Origin: Daphnia carinata | Taxonomy: Eukaryota | NCBI RefSeq assembly: GCF_022539665.2 | Contig: NC_081333.1 | Location: 12,834,001 to 12,898,000 of the forward strand | Length of the DNA stretch: 64,000 nt | Reading direction: 5' to 3' | Shown here: positions 1-14,351 of the stretch, in pieces | How the letters are laid out: the number at the start of each line of letters is the position of its first letter | Numbering within the stretch: the first letter of the stretch is position 1 | Notes under the pieces: generated by a model | Told to the model about the DNA's origin: nothing | What the model saw: the letters and a program-made list of their open reading frames with translations, nothing else | Databases searched by the model: none | Made by a program: the position numbers and the translations under genes

Positions 1-113
1 CAAAATTTACATAGCTCCGTAGGAATATCCACCTTCAGCAACACACTGCTTTAACACCATACTCCCTTAACCGAACTTTTGGCATTTGAACAGCTCTTGC
101 TAAACGCACCAAG

Positions 114-745
114 ATGCTAAATAAGTTTGGTGGCAAACTGACCACAAGGTTTTTAGTTCGCTACCTGATTGCATTTAGCGTCATGTCGTTCTTTTCCATT
201 TTCACTTATCATTCGCACCGTACCAACATACTAGTAGATTTATTGATAAAAAGTGTTATTGACGGTGCTCGTTCTACAAATCTAGAGTATGTTTAAACCT
301 AAATTTATCTTTATTCTTTATTATGGTGATATTTTTGCAATACGAAGGTCATTCTTGGTGCGTGAATTACGTAATATTACGACTGCGCTGTTTAAATTAG
401 TGTATTTCACTCTGCCTCTTCAATGACGTTTTCTCAGCTTACGTAAATTCAACTTGAAGACATTTCTCTGATAGATGCCGTCCAACTGACAAGATTGCCT
501 TTATGAAAATCCACAAATGTGCCAGCTCTACCGTCGAAAACATCTTATTCAGGTAAATTACGACCTATAAATAGCTGACATGTAACTGATTCTAAATTTT
601 AATCCCCGTATAATGCTTTTAGGCATGCTCTGAGGGATAAACTAAATTTAGCCCTTCCATCTCGTAGTAACTATTTTTCTCGAGTGGAGCTGTTCCATCG
701 GGATTCCGTGTTAACTACAAATGGGGCCATCTGCCAGTTAACGTA
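114..745 (+). pseudogene. Truncated duplicate of the 5' part of the downstream galactose-3-O-sulfotransferase gene
   Basis: Colinear with about 1445-2025, including introns (MLNKFGG..., KIAFMKIHKCASSTVENILFR, HALRDKLNLALPS). A 1-nt deletion at about 718 (ttaactacaaatgggg vs ttaaatacaaaatgggg) shifts the frame, and similarity stops at about 745. Confidence 0.85.
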
Positions 746-1423
746 TAATAAAATAAGTGTTCATGTTTTATTTTAGCATAGCAACGCTTCTCATTTGAAT
801 GTGTATCACCTTGACTACTATACTAAGCATAGTTGTGCTATACGACAACATTTAATCAACTGACGGATGCACAGTCGTGAACTTAACGTAGTTGGCCTTG
901 AAATTATTTACGTGAGCTTGGTCGGCTTTCCCATTTACGTTTCGTGACAATACAAAAAATTAATAAAAACAAATCTTTGGCTAGTTGATACTATTGTAGC
1001 TTCGATCCGGTTTTTAAAGATGGGCTTAGTTACGGAAGAGGCCTTGGCAGCTTGTCAAACAGGTTAGAGTGGTACTTTCCCAAAAACGTAAGGTGACTCA
1101 AAACTTGCCTAGGCCTGTTTCGAAATGAAAAATTTCTACCATCAAAACTAGACGTTGCCCTCTTCGGTCACCTATAGAAATAACTAGATCGCATTTTTGA
1201 ATTTTTAGTTACTCGCCCTGTCCTTCCTCTCCACCCTGCGGGTCATGCAAGCATTTTATTTCCATACGCTTGTCCTTTGTTAAGAATTAAATCAGTCTTC
1301 TAAACATAGCCAGTCGTTTCGGGTGCAAGCGAAGGAATTGAGCGATTATTTGATCGTATGGTCAACAGTGACGCGTCATTTTCACGAGGCTCAATTGAAT
1401 TTTTACTTCGAAAAGATTCAAAA

Positions 1424-2956
1424 ATGTTTGTCAAGCGTACGAAGATGTTGAATAAGTTTGGTGGTCAACTGACGGGAAGGTTTTTAGTTCGCTACTTGGT
1501 TGTATTTAGTGTCACATCGTTCGTTTTCGTTTTCACTTATCATTCGTACCGTAACAGCATATTAGAAGATTTGCTGGTAAAAAATCTTATTGACGGTGCT
1601 CGTTCGACGGATCTAGAGTATGTACAAGCCCAGTTTTATTTTACCTATTTATTATTTCTAGTGATATTTTTCGGAATACCAATTTCATTTTTGTTAAGTG
1701 AAAGGCGTGAATCCCAGTTCACGGAAATTCAACTTAAAAACATTTCTCTAATAGATGCCGTCCAACTGACAAGATTGCCTTTATGAAAACTCACAAATGC
1801 GCCAGCTCTACCATTGAAAACGTCTTATTTAGGTAAATTACGACTTCAATAACTGAACTGTCTTTAAACGGATGTTGAACTTTAAATTCATGTAATACTT
1901 TCAGACACGCCTTGAGGGACAAACTAAATTTAGCTCTTCCATCTGGAGGTAACTATTTATCCCGAGTCGAGCTGTTCCATCGCAATTCCGTGTTAAATAC
2001 AAAATGGGGTCATCTGCCAGTGAACGTTTTCACGCTGCACAACCGCTGGAATTATCAGGAAACAATGGCGCTGATGGGCAAACCAACATTTACTTTCACC
2101 ATCATCAGGGATCCCGTTGACCAATTCGAGTCGCTTTACGTTTACATGGGGCTGAACAAATTCTACGGGAAAGATTTCATCGATTTCGTTCGAGCGTTGA
2201 AAAGTAACAAATACAACGTGACCGACGTGAATCGACGAGCGGTGGGTGGCCTATTTGGGCGCAATCAAATCGCATTTGATTTGGGCATGTCTCCGTCTGA
2301 ATTCGACAACAAGCCACGAAAATTGAAAGAATGGATTGAACACTTGGACGACCAATTCGAACTGGTCCTCATTGCTGAAAGGCTGGAAGAGTCGTTAATC
2401 CTTTTGGCCGATTATCTCTGCTGGCCTCTAGAATATGTTACGCACTTGGAGTTGAACGCGCGTAAACCTGAAATGAATGTGCGGCTGACACAAGACGAGC
2501 GTAATAGCCTCGCAAAGTGGCTAAATGTAGATACAATGCTATACCGTCATTTCAGAGAGCGTCTAGACAACCACATCACTAAATTCAACGAGCGCAACAA
2601 GCCCGATTGGATGGAAGAACAGATCCGAACATTGCGTCGGCTAAACAGTCAGATCGTGGAACGTTGCGTCATCGAGCGAGTCGGAAATGAAAAACTGAAA
2701 GGAAAATTCTTGGAAACGAGCAACACTATAATGGGATACCTCATTCACCAGTAAGATAAGCCATTACAAAAAATTATATTAACTTCATAACTGAAAAGGT
2801 TATTACCATAAATTTTGTTTTGTTATAAACAGAAATGTACCAGAATGCGAATTCTACGCCATGAGCGAACCGGCTTATCTCAACATCTTTCGAGAAAGAA
2901 TGGCACAACTTGCTGCCGTCACACCAAGAAATCACACATTCACAAAGTTCTGGTGA
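1424..2956 (+). CDS. Galactose-3-O-sulfotransferase family (galactosylceramide sulfotransferase-like) type II Golgi membrane protein; exons 1424-1617, 1755-1832, 1905-2750, 2833-2956
   Basis: N-terminal TM segment, 5'-PSB motif FMKTHKCASST, 3'-PB motif IIRDPVDQFESLY, RNQIAFDLG and FELVLIAERLEESLILL. GT-AG introns join in frame. The start could alternatively be 1445 or 1358. Confidence 0.88.
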
Positions 2957-3109
2957 TTATTTTTATTGGCAAGAAGAACATCTTTAATTAAAAACATCAC
3001 ATATGTTAATGCTAAAAGACATTTCAACCTAAACCTGTTCGAATTCTACTTCAGCATGGCGACTTAATGCGTTGTGCCAGAAAATGATGCTTAGAACTAT
3101 AAAGCTTAC

Positions 3110-6100
3110 TTAGTGTACCAAGAATTTCGCTAGTAAAACAACGGCAAAAATCGATGTGAAATCCATTTTTGTAAATCTGTAGCCAGCCGACGGTGTCGTA
3201 GGAGCTGGTGTAGTAGTCGTAGAAGTAGTCGTGGTACTAGTCGAAGGTGTGGTAGTCGTAGTTGTCGAAGATGTTGTTGTTGAAGGTGTGGTAGTCGAAG
3301 TCGTCGAAGATGTACTTGTTGAAGGTGTCGTAGTCGAAGTCGTCGAAGATGTAGTTGTTGAAGGTGTCGTAGTAGTGGTAGTTGGAGGTGGTTCTGTTAT
3401 TGATGGATCCACTAACCAAGTTCCAATCTCTTCTTGATGCAGCTCCATCCACTTGATGTTCTCTACGATAATGTCGATACCTTGTTGTACAGTGTTCGAA
3501 TTTCCAAGGATGTCGAAGTGATCAGTACGTAATTTCAGCAACTGGAAATCCAAGCGGAACGTATTAAGACAATTCATTTAGCCAAGACTCATATCGGGAT
3601 TGAACTGCTTACTCTGTCCAACTGGGTCTGCGTGTTCTGGCGGTCGCAAACGTAACGGAAGAAGTTGACAAAGTAATCAGTGCCCAACCTAATGAGAAAG
3701 AATCACGTTGAAAAACATTCCGTACATTCGTTTTTGACAAGTGAAACCTGCGTACCATGAGTGTTCAATGTCATACCAACGGTTGACAAGGAAATCAGTA
3801 GCAATAAGATTACCCAGCGGGTTCGAGGCAACGTTTTTAAACAAAGTGTTGACATCGTTGAGACGGATACCAGATGCGCTGTCCAACATCATCTCTAGTA
3901 AACTGTTCAATTCATTTGATTTAACGCACTAAAAATTATTTTTTAAAGGCATTTAAAGTATATACTTGTAGAGACGGCTACTTTCTCTGCTGCAAGTGGC
4001 GGCGATCAGGAAAGAAGTGTCGTATTTGCTCTTGTACTGATCAAAAGCAAAATCCCATTCTGATTTGCCACCGTTTTCCACGCCTGTCCTTAGAATGACG
4101 CTCTTTTGGTTGGGCGACAAGATCCTAGTTGAATTCATCCAGTTAACGTTTACTTCAAACATGGTTGTAACTCAAGACAAAAATGTAATACCGGCTGTTG
4201 TCTGGGTCGTTCATCAGTTCTGCGTATTTGGCTTTTGAGTTATCGACGCAATCAGCAATCTTAAGTCTACACGCCCAACTCATGGCATCTGTACGAGCGT
4301 AAATGGTGAGCTGTGCATCCGTATCCGATTCTTGGAACCCAACATGATTGTAATATGGAGTCACTATATTTGTCATGTGAATCTGGACAAAAGAAATGCA
4401 TCATCATTTAGAAAAGATTAAAATGAATACAAGATCCTTATATTATTTAAACTTACCGTCCAATCTGGGAACTGTGCTTTATTGTGCAGCATAGAATCGA
4501 TATAGTTGAATTCGGCGAGGACAGCGTTCCATGGTACGTACTCCTTTTCTTGAGCAAGATACAACGACAAATCCAGAGCATTTTTGTATGGAACAATGTC
4601 CACTGACGCCAGAACGAAAGTGTCGTCCAAAAGCTGTGCTCGATTGTTTGGAACAATTCGTTCGTGATCGGCCATAAGCTGGGCGGTGAGAAGGTCGTAA
4701 TTGGTGCCATCATACGCAACGCGGTAATAGTCTATACAAGTTGAACTCGTTAAACGGACAATGAGAAAGCTAAAAGCACAAATTGTAACACTAACTTTGT
4801 TGGTCGACGTTGAAAATGACCCATTGATCGGCATCTGCTCCCAGATCGTTCAACGACATGCTAACGTCGTCTTTCGAAAGCCATTCAGACACCTTTTGGG
4901 AAGGCTCAAGTCCAGCATTCGTGTAAGTGAGGGGCACCCACCACTGGTAAACTGTTGGGTCAATCTCCGTTGTATTCATTTTCCTCAGCAAAAACCTTTC
5001 CTATAGGGCGGACGAAATAATGAAATGAAATCAGCGACTGCTTTGTCTGTTTTCAAGTCGTTTACTTGGGTAACTTGCGCGCCTCCTGATGCATAGTCTC
5101 GCGTCACCTTGATGACGGGATAGCCCATTTTGTAAGTCCAGGTGTCCATGATCTCTTTGACGCTAGCAGGTAAAACGATGTTTTCCTCATCAGCCTGTTC
5201 TTGCATCGCTTGCCAAAGATCGTCCTGCTGGGCATTGCCATAAGCGCTATTCAGGGTAGCAATTGCGTGAAAGATTATTGTAATAATTATTCATAAAATA
5301 GTAAAGCATACTTGTTGTTGAGGTAGCGTGTAAGTCCTCGTTTAAATGCATCAATGCCCAGCATATCGGCGCACATGCGAACGACGCAGGACCCTATAAG
5401 ATGGCCAATGCGAAATGTTAATAAAATCAAAAGCCAGTCTGTACATTTCTACCCAACCTTTCGGTACCTTTTTCATAAGAAATGGCATCAAAAAGTGATG
5501 AGATCTCCGCAGGTGTGTTCACTTCGATGTTGATGGGTCGAGACGTCTCCAACGCATCGATTACAAAAACGTATTGTAAATTTTCGACAACAAATTGGTC
5601 GTTCATTTTGAAATCGGGTTCAACCTGTCGTCGCAAAATGGACATTCATTTGAGTTTGTATTATATCATGAAGAACATATTGTTCTATACGTACCGAATC
5701 CGTGCCGATGAATTCCATGTAGCTGGCGAAACCTTCGTTCAACCAGATTGCGTTCCACCTTTTTCGAGCGCAAAAGCCATAATGAACATTGGTGTTTAAA
5801 CGTCTATACTTGTTAAAGAATAAATATTTACCACTCCATGGTAACAAGGTCGCCAAACCACTGATGAGCCAACTCATGGGCACTCACGATAGCAACGCGT
5901 TGTTTTTGACGAGCACTGGCCGTCTCGGTGTCAATCAATAAATCGGACTCTCTAAAAGATTAGAGAAATTTGATGAAGGTGAAACAACGTGCATGTGATT
6001 GCGCAATTTACCTGTAGGTGATCAGACCCCAGTTCTCCATGGCCCCTAAATTTGGAAAAGGAATAATCAACACATCAATATTGGATCATATATAACAAAA

Positions 6101-7484
6101 GAATATTAAAATTTACCAGCTGCAAAGTCGGGAATGGCTGCCATATCTTGTTTGGCTAGCGGATAGTCTATGTTGAAATAACTTTCAAAGTATTCTAGAA
6201 TTCTCGGTCCAATATCGATGGCGTACCTAATAAAATCCACCAATAACAAAATAAAGTTGATAATACAAGAAGCTAGTATAAACAGCTCACGTACGTTGTA
6301 AGATTTCTAGCATTTGCCCGAGCCCAGATACGAAACTGGACATTGCTGACCCCTGGCTTGGCCGAAATATTGATAAAATCAGATACTAAGAAGGCCACCA
6401 AATAGGACGACATCTTAACCGACGGTGCAAAGGAATCCCAATTGTATCCCGGTAAATCGGTGCTGTAAATATTGAAACAATTCTCCATCACTTGTTCATT
6501 AATGATATAAAAACGTGACTTACACAGGCCCACTGTTAATCTGCTCCATGTTACTAACAGAAGACATCGCACTTTTACGTCCTAATGCAATTGTAAAATT
6601 TGCCTTCATACTCGGCTCATCAAAACAGGGAAAGGCTCGTCGTGCATCCGTCGCCTCGAACTGGGTTACAGCTAACCACCTTGTATAGCACAATAACAAT
6701 TTTTGGAAAAAAGAATTATCTTCAACTCAATGAGCCAGTTACTTCCTAACGCCTTCTTCCATGTAAGAGGAGCGGTAAAACCCACGCAGATCGTCGTTGA
6801 GAGTCGACGTGAAGGTCATAGAGATCGTGTATCGTTTACCCGCTTCAAGCATTGAGGCCGTTTGAATAGTTATGATTTCACGAGTTGATTGCTCGTCGAC
6901 ATAACCGACCACCGCCAATGGGCTGTTTGTTTGCATGTCCACGATCTACTTATTAAGTTAAAAATTAAGAGGATTCTTGCCAATGACGGAGAACTAGAAA
7001 ATTGGTTTACCGATACAGTGCCCCAACGAATGACAAGTTCGGCGCTGTTAATTGAAATGTTTGCGGTGGATCTGACGCATTCGACGACGATCACGACGGA
7101 GCCTTCGGTTGTGTAGTTTCCGGATTCGATGAGCTCAACGAATGGCAACATGCGGACGTCGTACGAGATAGGAATAATGTCACCGGGCAATCGCATGTCT
7201 TCGCCTTGTTTGTTGGTCTTTTCATTATTATGTTGCTCTTCCAGTTGTTTGATCGCCTTATTGAAACGATGTTTGTATATGTGAGCTTTCCGCGATGGAG
7301 TGTACCACCATTTGCTTCCATTTTGGGGTTCCGCAACGATCTGGGGCTCCATCAGCTCCGTTTCATCGTCGATATTGTAAGTTGGTTTTAGAATTGCAGC
7401 GTCTTCTCCGAGGTTGGCGAAACCACTTGCGGCCATTGCATGCAAGGCCAGCGCCAGAAAAAAGAGATGTTGAGTGCGACCCAT
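3110..7484 (-). CDS. Aminopeptidase N-like M1 metallopeptidase (APN-1), multi-exon, with signal peptide, Thr/Ser stalk and GPI-type C-terminus
   Basis: [39 protein letters not shown] (about 6012-6046), [16 protein letters not shown] (about 5832-5879), [19 protein letters not shown]1-C NRAQLLDD, hydrophobic C-terminus. Confidence 0.93.
3243..3372. repeat. 39-bp coding tandem repeat (about 3.3 copies) encoding the [13 protein letters not shown] mucin-like stalk of APN-1
   Basis: Unit gaaggtgtggtagtcgtagttgtcgaagatgttgttgtt repeated with few substitutions. Confidence 0.9.
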
Positions 7485-8741
7485 GTCTCTGCATATTTCA
7501 ACAAACACAAACCAGCGACTATTATTTCAAGTTTGCTCATAATATGATTACATAACGCACTAAGTCGTGGCTTTGATTGTGTAGCATGCACAAAATACAG
7601 CGGGATATATCAAAATGTATAACTCACCTTAAATAGGGCCTGGTAAGAGATGTTAAAGGACGACTAATCGTTCTATCGACCTTATAACAACTGAACAGTA
7701 TAATGGCAGCATCGGGATAACCGATACCACACGTCACATGAAGACGTTGTACATCAGCTTGTGATATAAATATTATCTGGGTTAACGAATGCACAATACA
7801 CCATTATCGAATCATCGCTTACATAAAGATACGGATGCAGAGCAAAAAACAATGCTGTTGTATCATCTCGGTCTTATCTACAGGTGATTGCTGTGCTCAG
7901 CGAGAAACAAGATAAACATTTTTGACGGGAAAACTGATATACACAAAATAATTGATATTAAGTTATATTACTAAAATAGAATATAGTTTAATGAATATCC
8001 TCATCATTTTGTTACAATTTAACCAATGAAGAAATAAAACTATTTAAATGCTTGCACGAACAGCACAAAAGAAAGCTTTCCTTTTTATGCTTTACGTTTC
8101 TTACCAATGTAACCAATTCTTATTTACATTTTGTGATGCATCTGCTGTAAAAGAAAAATCTCAGCATTCCTTTCTTGGCATATTTATTATCATGTCCCGG
8201 AATCATATCCGCAGTGGCATCAAGCCACTTACCGTTTACCTTTGATCTCTCGTTGACGTCGATATCGTAAGAATATAACAACATAAATTTTTATCGAGCT
8301 GACTGATCCTGTCCAACTGTCAAGATAGTTTTGTCACGTGGTCCGTCAGTGACTGAAGCAGAAAAATGATCCCGGATGTCAAAGTGCTTTTTTTGGGTCA
8401 AAGATTTTTTAAATTGGAATCTCGCCCTATCAATTAGCTTCTAACCTATGTGTAAGAGAAAGGCCTTTCCATAATACTTTGTACCGCAGAAATCCTTGAA
8501 TCTCAGGCGCCTGTCATCTGTCTCCAAAATGTAAAAAACAGATCAATCAAAACGGTATGTTCTTATATCTTACTGTATTTGCCTTATGTGTTTGCTAAAA
8601 TGGTGCACAGTGTTTGCAATACCTGTGTTGTTTTGCCAATTCAAAAGCGCACAGTATAGAAGTAAGGACTTCATGAATTCAATAACGCTATTCAGTATAC
8701 ATTGTCGTAATGGTCACAATCTACATCGCGAAACAGCGTTA

Positions 8742-11700
8742 TCAGTGGCGGAACACCCATTGTCCCAAAACAGCAAACAAGAAAGCAAGATATAGGCATG
8801 GTTGAACAATGACACCGGAAGAGGGAGTGGTAGGTGCAGGGGTAGTGGAAGTGGTAGGTGCCGGGGTAGTGGAAGTGGTAGGTGCCGGGGTAGTGGAAGT
8901 GGTAGGTGCAGGGGTAGTGGAAGTGGTTGTACTAGTTGAAGTCATTTCAGTAGTTGCTTCTGTTGTAGGCAAGGCTGTTGTCGTTGAAGGATCTTTTAGC
9001 CATTCGCCAATTTCCAATTGATTCGCATTCATCCATTCAATATTAGTTTGGATAACATAAAGACCTTGCTCGACCGTTGTCGAATTACCCAGGATGTCCA
9101 AATGCTCATCGCGCAACGCCACCATCTATTACCAGACCCATTTCAAAACCACGGAAGAATAAAAAAAAAATTTTAATCTAAATGAATTACCTGTTCATAT
9201 TGTGTCGGCTTATTAAGACGATCACACAGCGATCGGAAGAATGTAACAAAATGGCTCGTTCCAAGCCTGCACGTTTGTGAAGAACAGTTAACTGTGATTC
9301 CCAATTCAGCAAGTATAAGATAACACTTACGCTTTTTCGATTTCGTTCCAGCGCCGACTTAAGAAATCAAGAGCCATAGTGTTACCTAACGGATTGGCCG
9401 CCAAGTTGGTGAATACCTTGTCAACGTCTTCGGAACGAATGGAATTAGGATCGAGCATCTTGCCCAGCAAACTTTCAAGTTCCATCAAAAAGACGAATGA
9501 AAATTTGGACTTGCCAGATAGGTATGCAAATTAAAACAGAATTCTTACTCATAGACGATGCTGCTCTCTCTCGTGTAAGTCATGGCAATGAGGAAACTGT
9601 CCGAATCTGAGGCACGGTATTGCTCGTATGCAAAGTCCCACTCGGCTTGGCGGCCGTTTTCGACACCCGCACGCAAGATGAAATCTCTCTGGTTCGGTGA
9701 TAGTCTCCTATATCGCAATTTGAATTAGTGAGTCATGCAAATTCGATTCTTAATGTTACAGAGGTTTAATATTCTGGGAAAGGGCGTACATGTCGGGCTG
9801 CTCCATCAATGCGGTGTATTGGCTCTTCACATTTTGGACGCAATCGGCAATTTTCAATTTGCACGCCCAGTTCAAAGCGTCCGTTCGAGACAAGATGGTT
9901 AAATGAGCATCTGAATCCAATTCTTGGAATCCAACATAGTTGTAGTACGGTGTCACCAGAGACGTCATGTAAACCTTCCAGTCCACATATTGCGGCTCGT
10001 TGTGCAGCATAACGTCGAGGTAATTGAGTTCGTCAAGGACAGAACGCCATGGAACATACTCCCGTTCGTATTTCAAATAGAGAGTTAGATCCATTGCAAT
10101 GTTGTACGAGATCTTGTTGATTTTGGCCAGCACGAAAGCGTCATCGAGCAGCTGGGCCCGGTTAGGAATCGAAATGTGATCGTGAGCAGCGATCAGCTGG
10201 TCGGCAATCATGTTGTAATTGGCCTCATCGTAAGCTACTCGATAGAAACCTGCTTGATTGACGTTAAAGATGACCCACTGATCACTTGTAGCTGCAAGGC
10301 TAACAAGTGTTCTGGTGGGTGTTGACATCCAGGCAGTTGTAGGGTGGAGGCTAAAATCATGGCTGTAAGTCAACGGCACCCACCAAACAGTGTCCTCTGG
10401 AACAGGACCTCCTTCGTTGCTTGGTAGCACGAAACGACTCTGCTCCAACAATAATAAAATGAGTTCCACACATTGGTTTAGGGAAATATTGAATTCGGCT
10501 CAAACCTGCGAAACTATAGCTCCATCGCCTTCAATGTAAGTGCGCTTAACGCTGATGAGTGGATAGTTAGTTGTCTGCGTCCAAGTGGCCATAATCTTTG
10601 CCAAGGAGTCCGGAAGGATCACACCATCTATGGCAGCCTGTTCTTCAAGCGTATTCCACAGGTCTTCCTCCACTGCGTTGCTGTACGCGCTGTATATGTT
10701 CGACGCACAACAAAATGTTTCATTTTAGATTTCAATCTTTTATCAGCCTGTGGCCTTTAACGTCATACTTTCTGGTGAGATAGCGATTGAGGCCACGGCG
10801 GAAGGTATCCATTCCGAGGAAGTTGGCACACATGCGGATCACGCTAGCACCTTTGTCGTATTCGATCGTGTCGAAAACTTGGCTTTTCGTCTCAGGATAG
10901 CTCATTGGATGCGTTGAATCGAGAGAATCGGACACGAGCACGCGCTGTAACGTGTTTACGACGAATTGCTCGTGCAGTTTGTAGCTAGGTTCAACCTGAA
11001 ATAATTATAGGTTATGGTATCGTTTCAACGCATATTGAGACGCATTCTGTATACCGAGTCTGCTCCAAAGTATTGCAGATAACGAGCAAACCCTTCGTTC
11101 AGCCAGATATTATTCCACCTTTTAAATCCAAAAAAAGGGTAAAAAATGAGGTCCACATGTGCACAAAAATCAAAAATCACCATTCCATAGTAACAAGATC
11201 CCCAAACCACATGTGAGCCAGTTCGTGAGCAATAACTTCGCTCACGCGTTGTTTGCTGGATGCGGTCGTGTTCTCATTCACAATTAAATAGCTCTCCCTA
11301 TGTTTAGAATAAAAATCATTGTTACAGCCACGAAATCTAAAAAGCCTATGACATTTATATGACAAACCTAAAGTCAATGTGTCCCCAGTTCTCCATGGCT
11401 CCCGGTCCGAAATCGGGAATCGCTGCCAAATCTTCCTTGGCCAAAGGATAAGCGACTCCGAAAAAGGTTTCAAAATATTCCAGAATCCTCGGTCCGACGT
11501 TGGCAGCGTATCTGTACAAACAGAATTAATTAATGCAATGCCATAGCGCGGAACATTATAGTTGTTTTCAAAGTCTTTACGTAGCATCTTCCTGTAGTTC
11601 GGGTCTCGTTAGAACGCGAAATTTCACATTGCTCAACGCAGGATCCGATGGAGTGCTAACAAATTCAGAGACCATCATGGCTACCAAGTAAGTCGACATG

Positions 11701-12865
11701 ACTGGAGTTGTGTCGAAGAAGTCCCAGACGTATCCGGGCATGCCTTCACTGTGGATAATTCATGTGGTTAAATAAGAAAGCGAGTGATAGCGAAAAAGCA
11801 ATGGCTTTACATTGGATTGGTTCTGATTTTAGGCATGTTACTAGAAGACTTCCAGGATTCTTTGCGGCCCAAAATAATGGAGAAACGAGCTTTCATATCA
11901 GGCTCATCAAAACAGGGGAAGGCGACACGAGCGTCGGCGGGTTCCATGTCGGAAGTCGCCAAATACCTACATCATAAAAATTGTATTAACGTCTGGTTGG
12001 ACAAATGACAAACTCGCCGCAGGTTGGCGGTGAAAAGCTATAGATTGGATAAACGTGAGAATGCGAAACAATGTTTATTGTATTGCGTTGATGTGTTATC
12101 TTATATATCTGCTGAGAAGATAGTTATACTTTGATGCTTGTGTGTTTATGCGTCAATCAGTTTCAACCTTTATCTTATTTGTGGCAATACAAAGACTACT
12201 TACTTGGTTTCATCATTTTCAACGTAGGAAGAACGGTAGAACCCAACTAGTCTATCGTTCAGGATGGAAGTGAATCCCATGGAGATCTTGTAACGTTTAC
12301 CAGCTATTAAACTCTCTGCCGTTTTTATGATAACCTTCTGAAGAGTGGTTTGCTGATCCTCACAGCCAACCACTGCCAGCGGAGCATTTGCTTCTAAATC
12401 CAGCACCTAATAACAGTAAAAGCATGAACGATTAATGGTTTACTTTAGGGCGTCGTGTTATATAACATGACTTACCGTGATTGATAATTCATGGATGTCG
12501 ATATCGACGCTGTTGAGTACAATGTTCTTGGTATCGTTGACGCAGTCGACGTATATTTCAATGTAGCCATCGGTAGTGAAATTACCTTCTTCGATGAAGG
12601 GAAGTAACCGAATAGTGTAAACGCTTGGCAAAAGATCTCCGGGTAGTCGGTATTCCGCATCATCCCAATCAACGGCCGATGGCTTGCTTTCACGATTGGC
12701 GTTGATCTTCCAAGAGGGCTGCTCAGACCAACTAAACGGATCATAGCTACCTTCTTTTCCATTGTCTAAAACCTTGTCTTTCAAATTCACCGACAAAGCC
12801 GAGCAGTTAGCAATCAGGCTAGTTAAAGCCAGAGCCATCAAAAGGGAATTTAAAACTCTCCTCAT
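8742..12865 (-). CDS. Aminopeptidase N-like M1 metallopeptidase (APN-2), with signal peptide, Thr/Pro stalk and GPI-type C-terminus
   Basis: [38 protein letters not shown] (about 11370-11415), [39 protein letters not shown], hydrophobic tail. Confidence 0.93.
8827..8925. repeat. 24-bp coding tandem repeat (4 copies) encoding TTPAPTTS in the APN-2 stalk
   Basis: gtggtaggtgc(a/c)ggggtagtggaa x4. Confidence 0.92.
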
Positions 12866-14351
12866 TCTAACGTTTTTCCGTTTGGTTGCAATTTGCGACG
12901 CCAAACAGGTTTGAAAAAGTGTGGTTTCAGAAACCAGTTCCACTGTTCTGAGGACGATTTATGATGTCGTTTGAGAGTAATCTCCAATATATTTGGCGTC
13001 TTATCATGATCTGTCATTGAAGACAAATATCGGAGCCTGATTGCTTTTTCAAACGTAAAGCCAACTTAGAATAGCATAACCTTGCAGCATATCTTAGCAA
13101 ACGCTTCAGATTTCTTTGGTTGCATCTCATCATTTTCCGATACCTAGTTTGACGTGCAGCATAAGGTGTACGTAGCAGGCTGGACTCTTTACATTGCCCA
13201 ATCTTTCTGAAAAAAAAAATCCAACTTTCGTCAACCGTCCAAGTTTCTTGTCAGAGGAAATGACATGCGCACATGACAATCTAGAAAGTTTATATCTATA
13301 CTAGTATACCTAGCATTGGCTATGACTTTGGAATAGGTTTCACGTGATGGACATTTCCTGACGACGCGTTGTTTGTTCCCTGTTAGAAAGTAACTTTGGA
13401 CATTACAACAGGAACTTACAAATATTTCTGTGACACTTTGGATGCATGACATCATTACTTCTGACTAAGAAATCCAAGGCTTATGTAGAAAACAGATTGC
13501 TTATTCAGGGATCCATTCCGTGAACCATTATTCGAAATAATGTGAATTAACCCGGTTACCGCAATCAGCTCGGAAACGAAATTCACTTGTTTTCTTTGCT
13601 GCCATAGTCTGGCAAAAATAAGGGTCCTTTTAAAATGGCAGCAATTGCAAATATGTTTGGAGAAGGCAGAGTAGAGAAAAATAAATAAAGCTAGCAAACA
13701 TGAACCTTTAGTACTGCGATTATGGGAAAAACACATTACGTAACGCTGATGAAGAGTGGTTCGGAAATGAACTTTGTAGAGGAAATCTGTTTTCCTGGAA
13801 CCTAATTGCGTCCGGTGTTTCTGAAGAATTTTCTTTTTTCAACGACATTTGTGACCTTTGCATAATTGATTTCAGAATCTATTGGACGCTAGCCTTTTTT
13901 TTGTGCTCCTCTTCAGGCATCTGTGTTTGACGAGTTGTCAGTCTGCGTTGTTATCGCCAGTACAGCAACGCCTGACATAGACGATAAGAAACTGAAATCA
14001 AAATATTGTGTTGTTTGTGAAAATGATGAGTGTGAATTATACAATGAATTTTGCAAACTGGTAGCATTATTGGCAATTTTCGCTTCAGGAAATGATTTAC
14101 GTGTTTTTATTTTTCACAGCGCTGATGTTTGTCATCACATATGTTTATACGTCCGAGTAATGTATTTTATAACATTCGTATCATGAAGCACGACGTCTGT
14201 GGAACCACAAACGCAACTAGGCAATTGCAAACGTGATATCGTAGCTAAAGCTCGCTTGCTTCATTCACAACCACGCATATGGAGGACTGATCGACTAAAG
14301 AAAAATGGAAGCTAATACTTTTACAGGTAAAACATAAACAAGCTGCATAGA

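Noticed and set aside
1358..1786. 142-aa two-TM ORF
   Set aside because: It is exon 1 of the sulfotransferase reading through intron 1618-1754; the spliced frame restores the KTHKCASST motif.
3231..3437. Val-rich ORFs (also 8809-9021)
   Set aside because: Antisense shadows of the Thr-rich APN stalk repeats.
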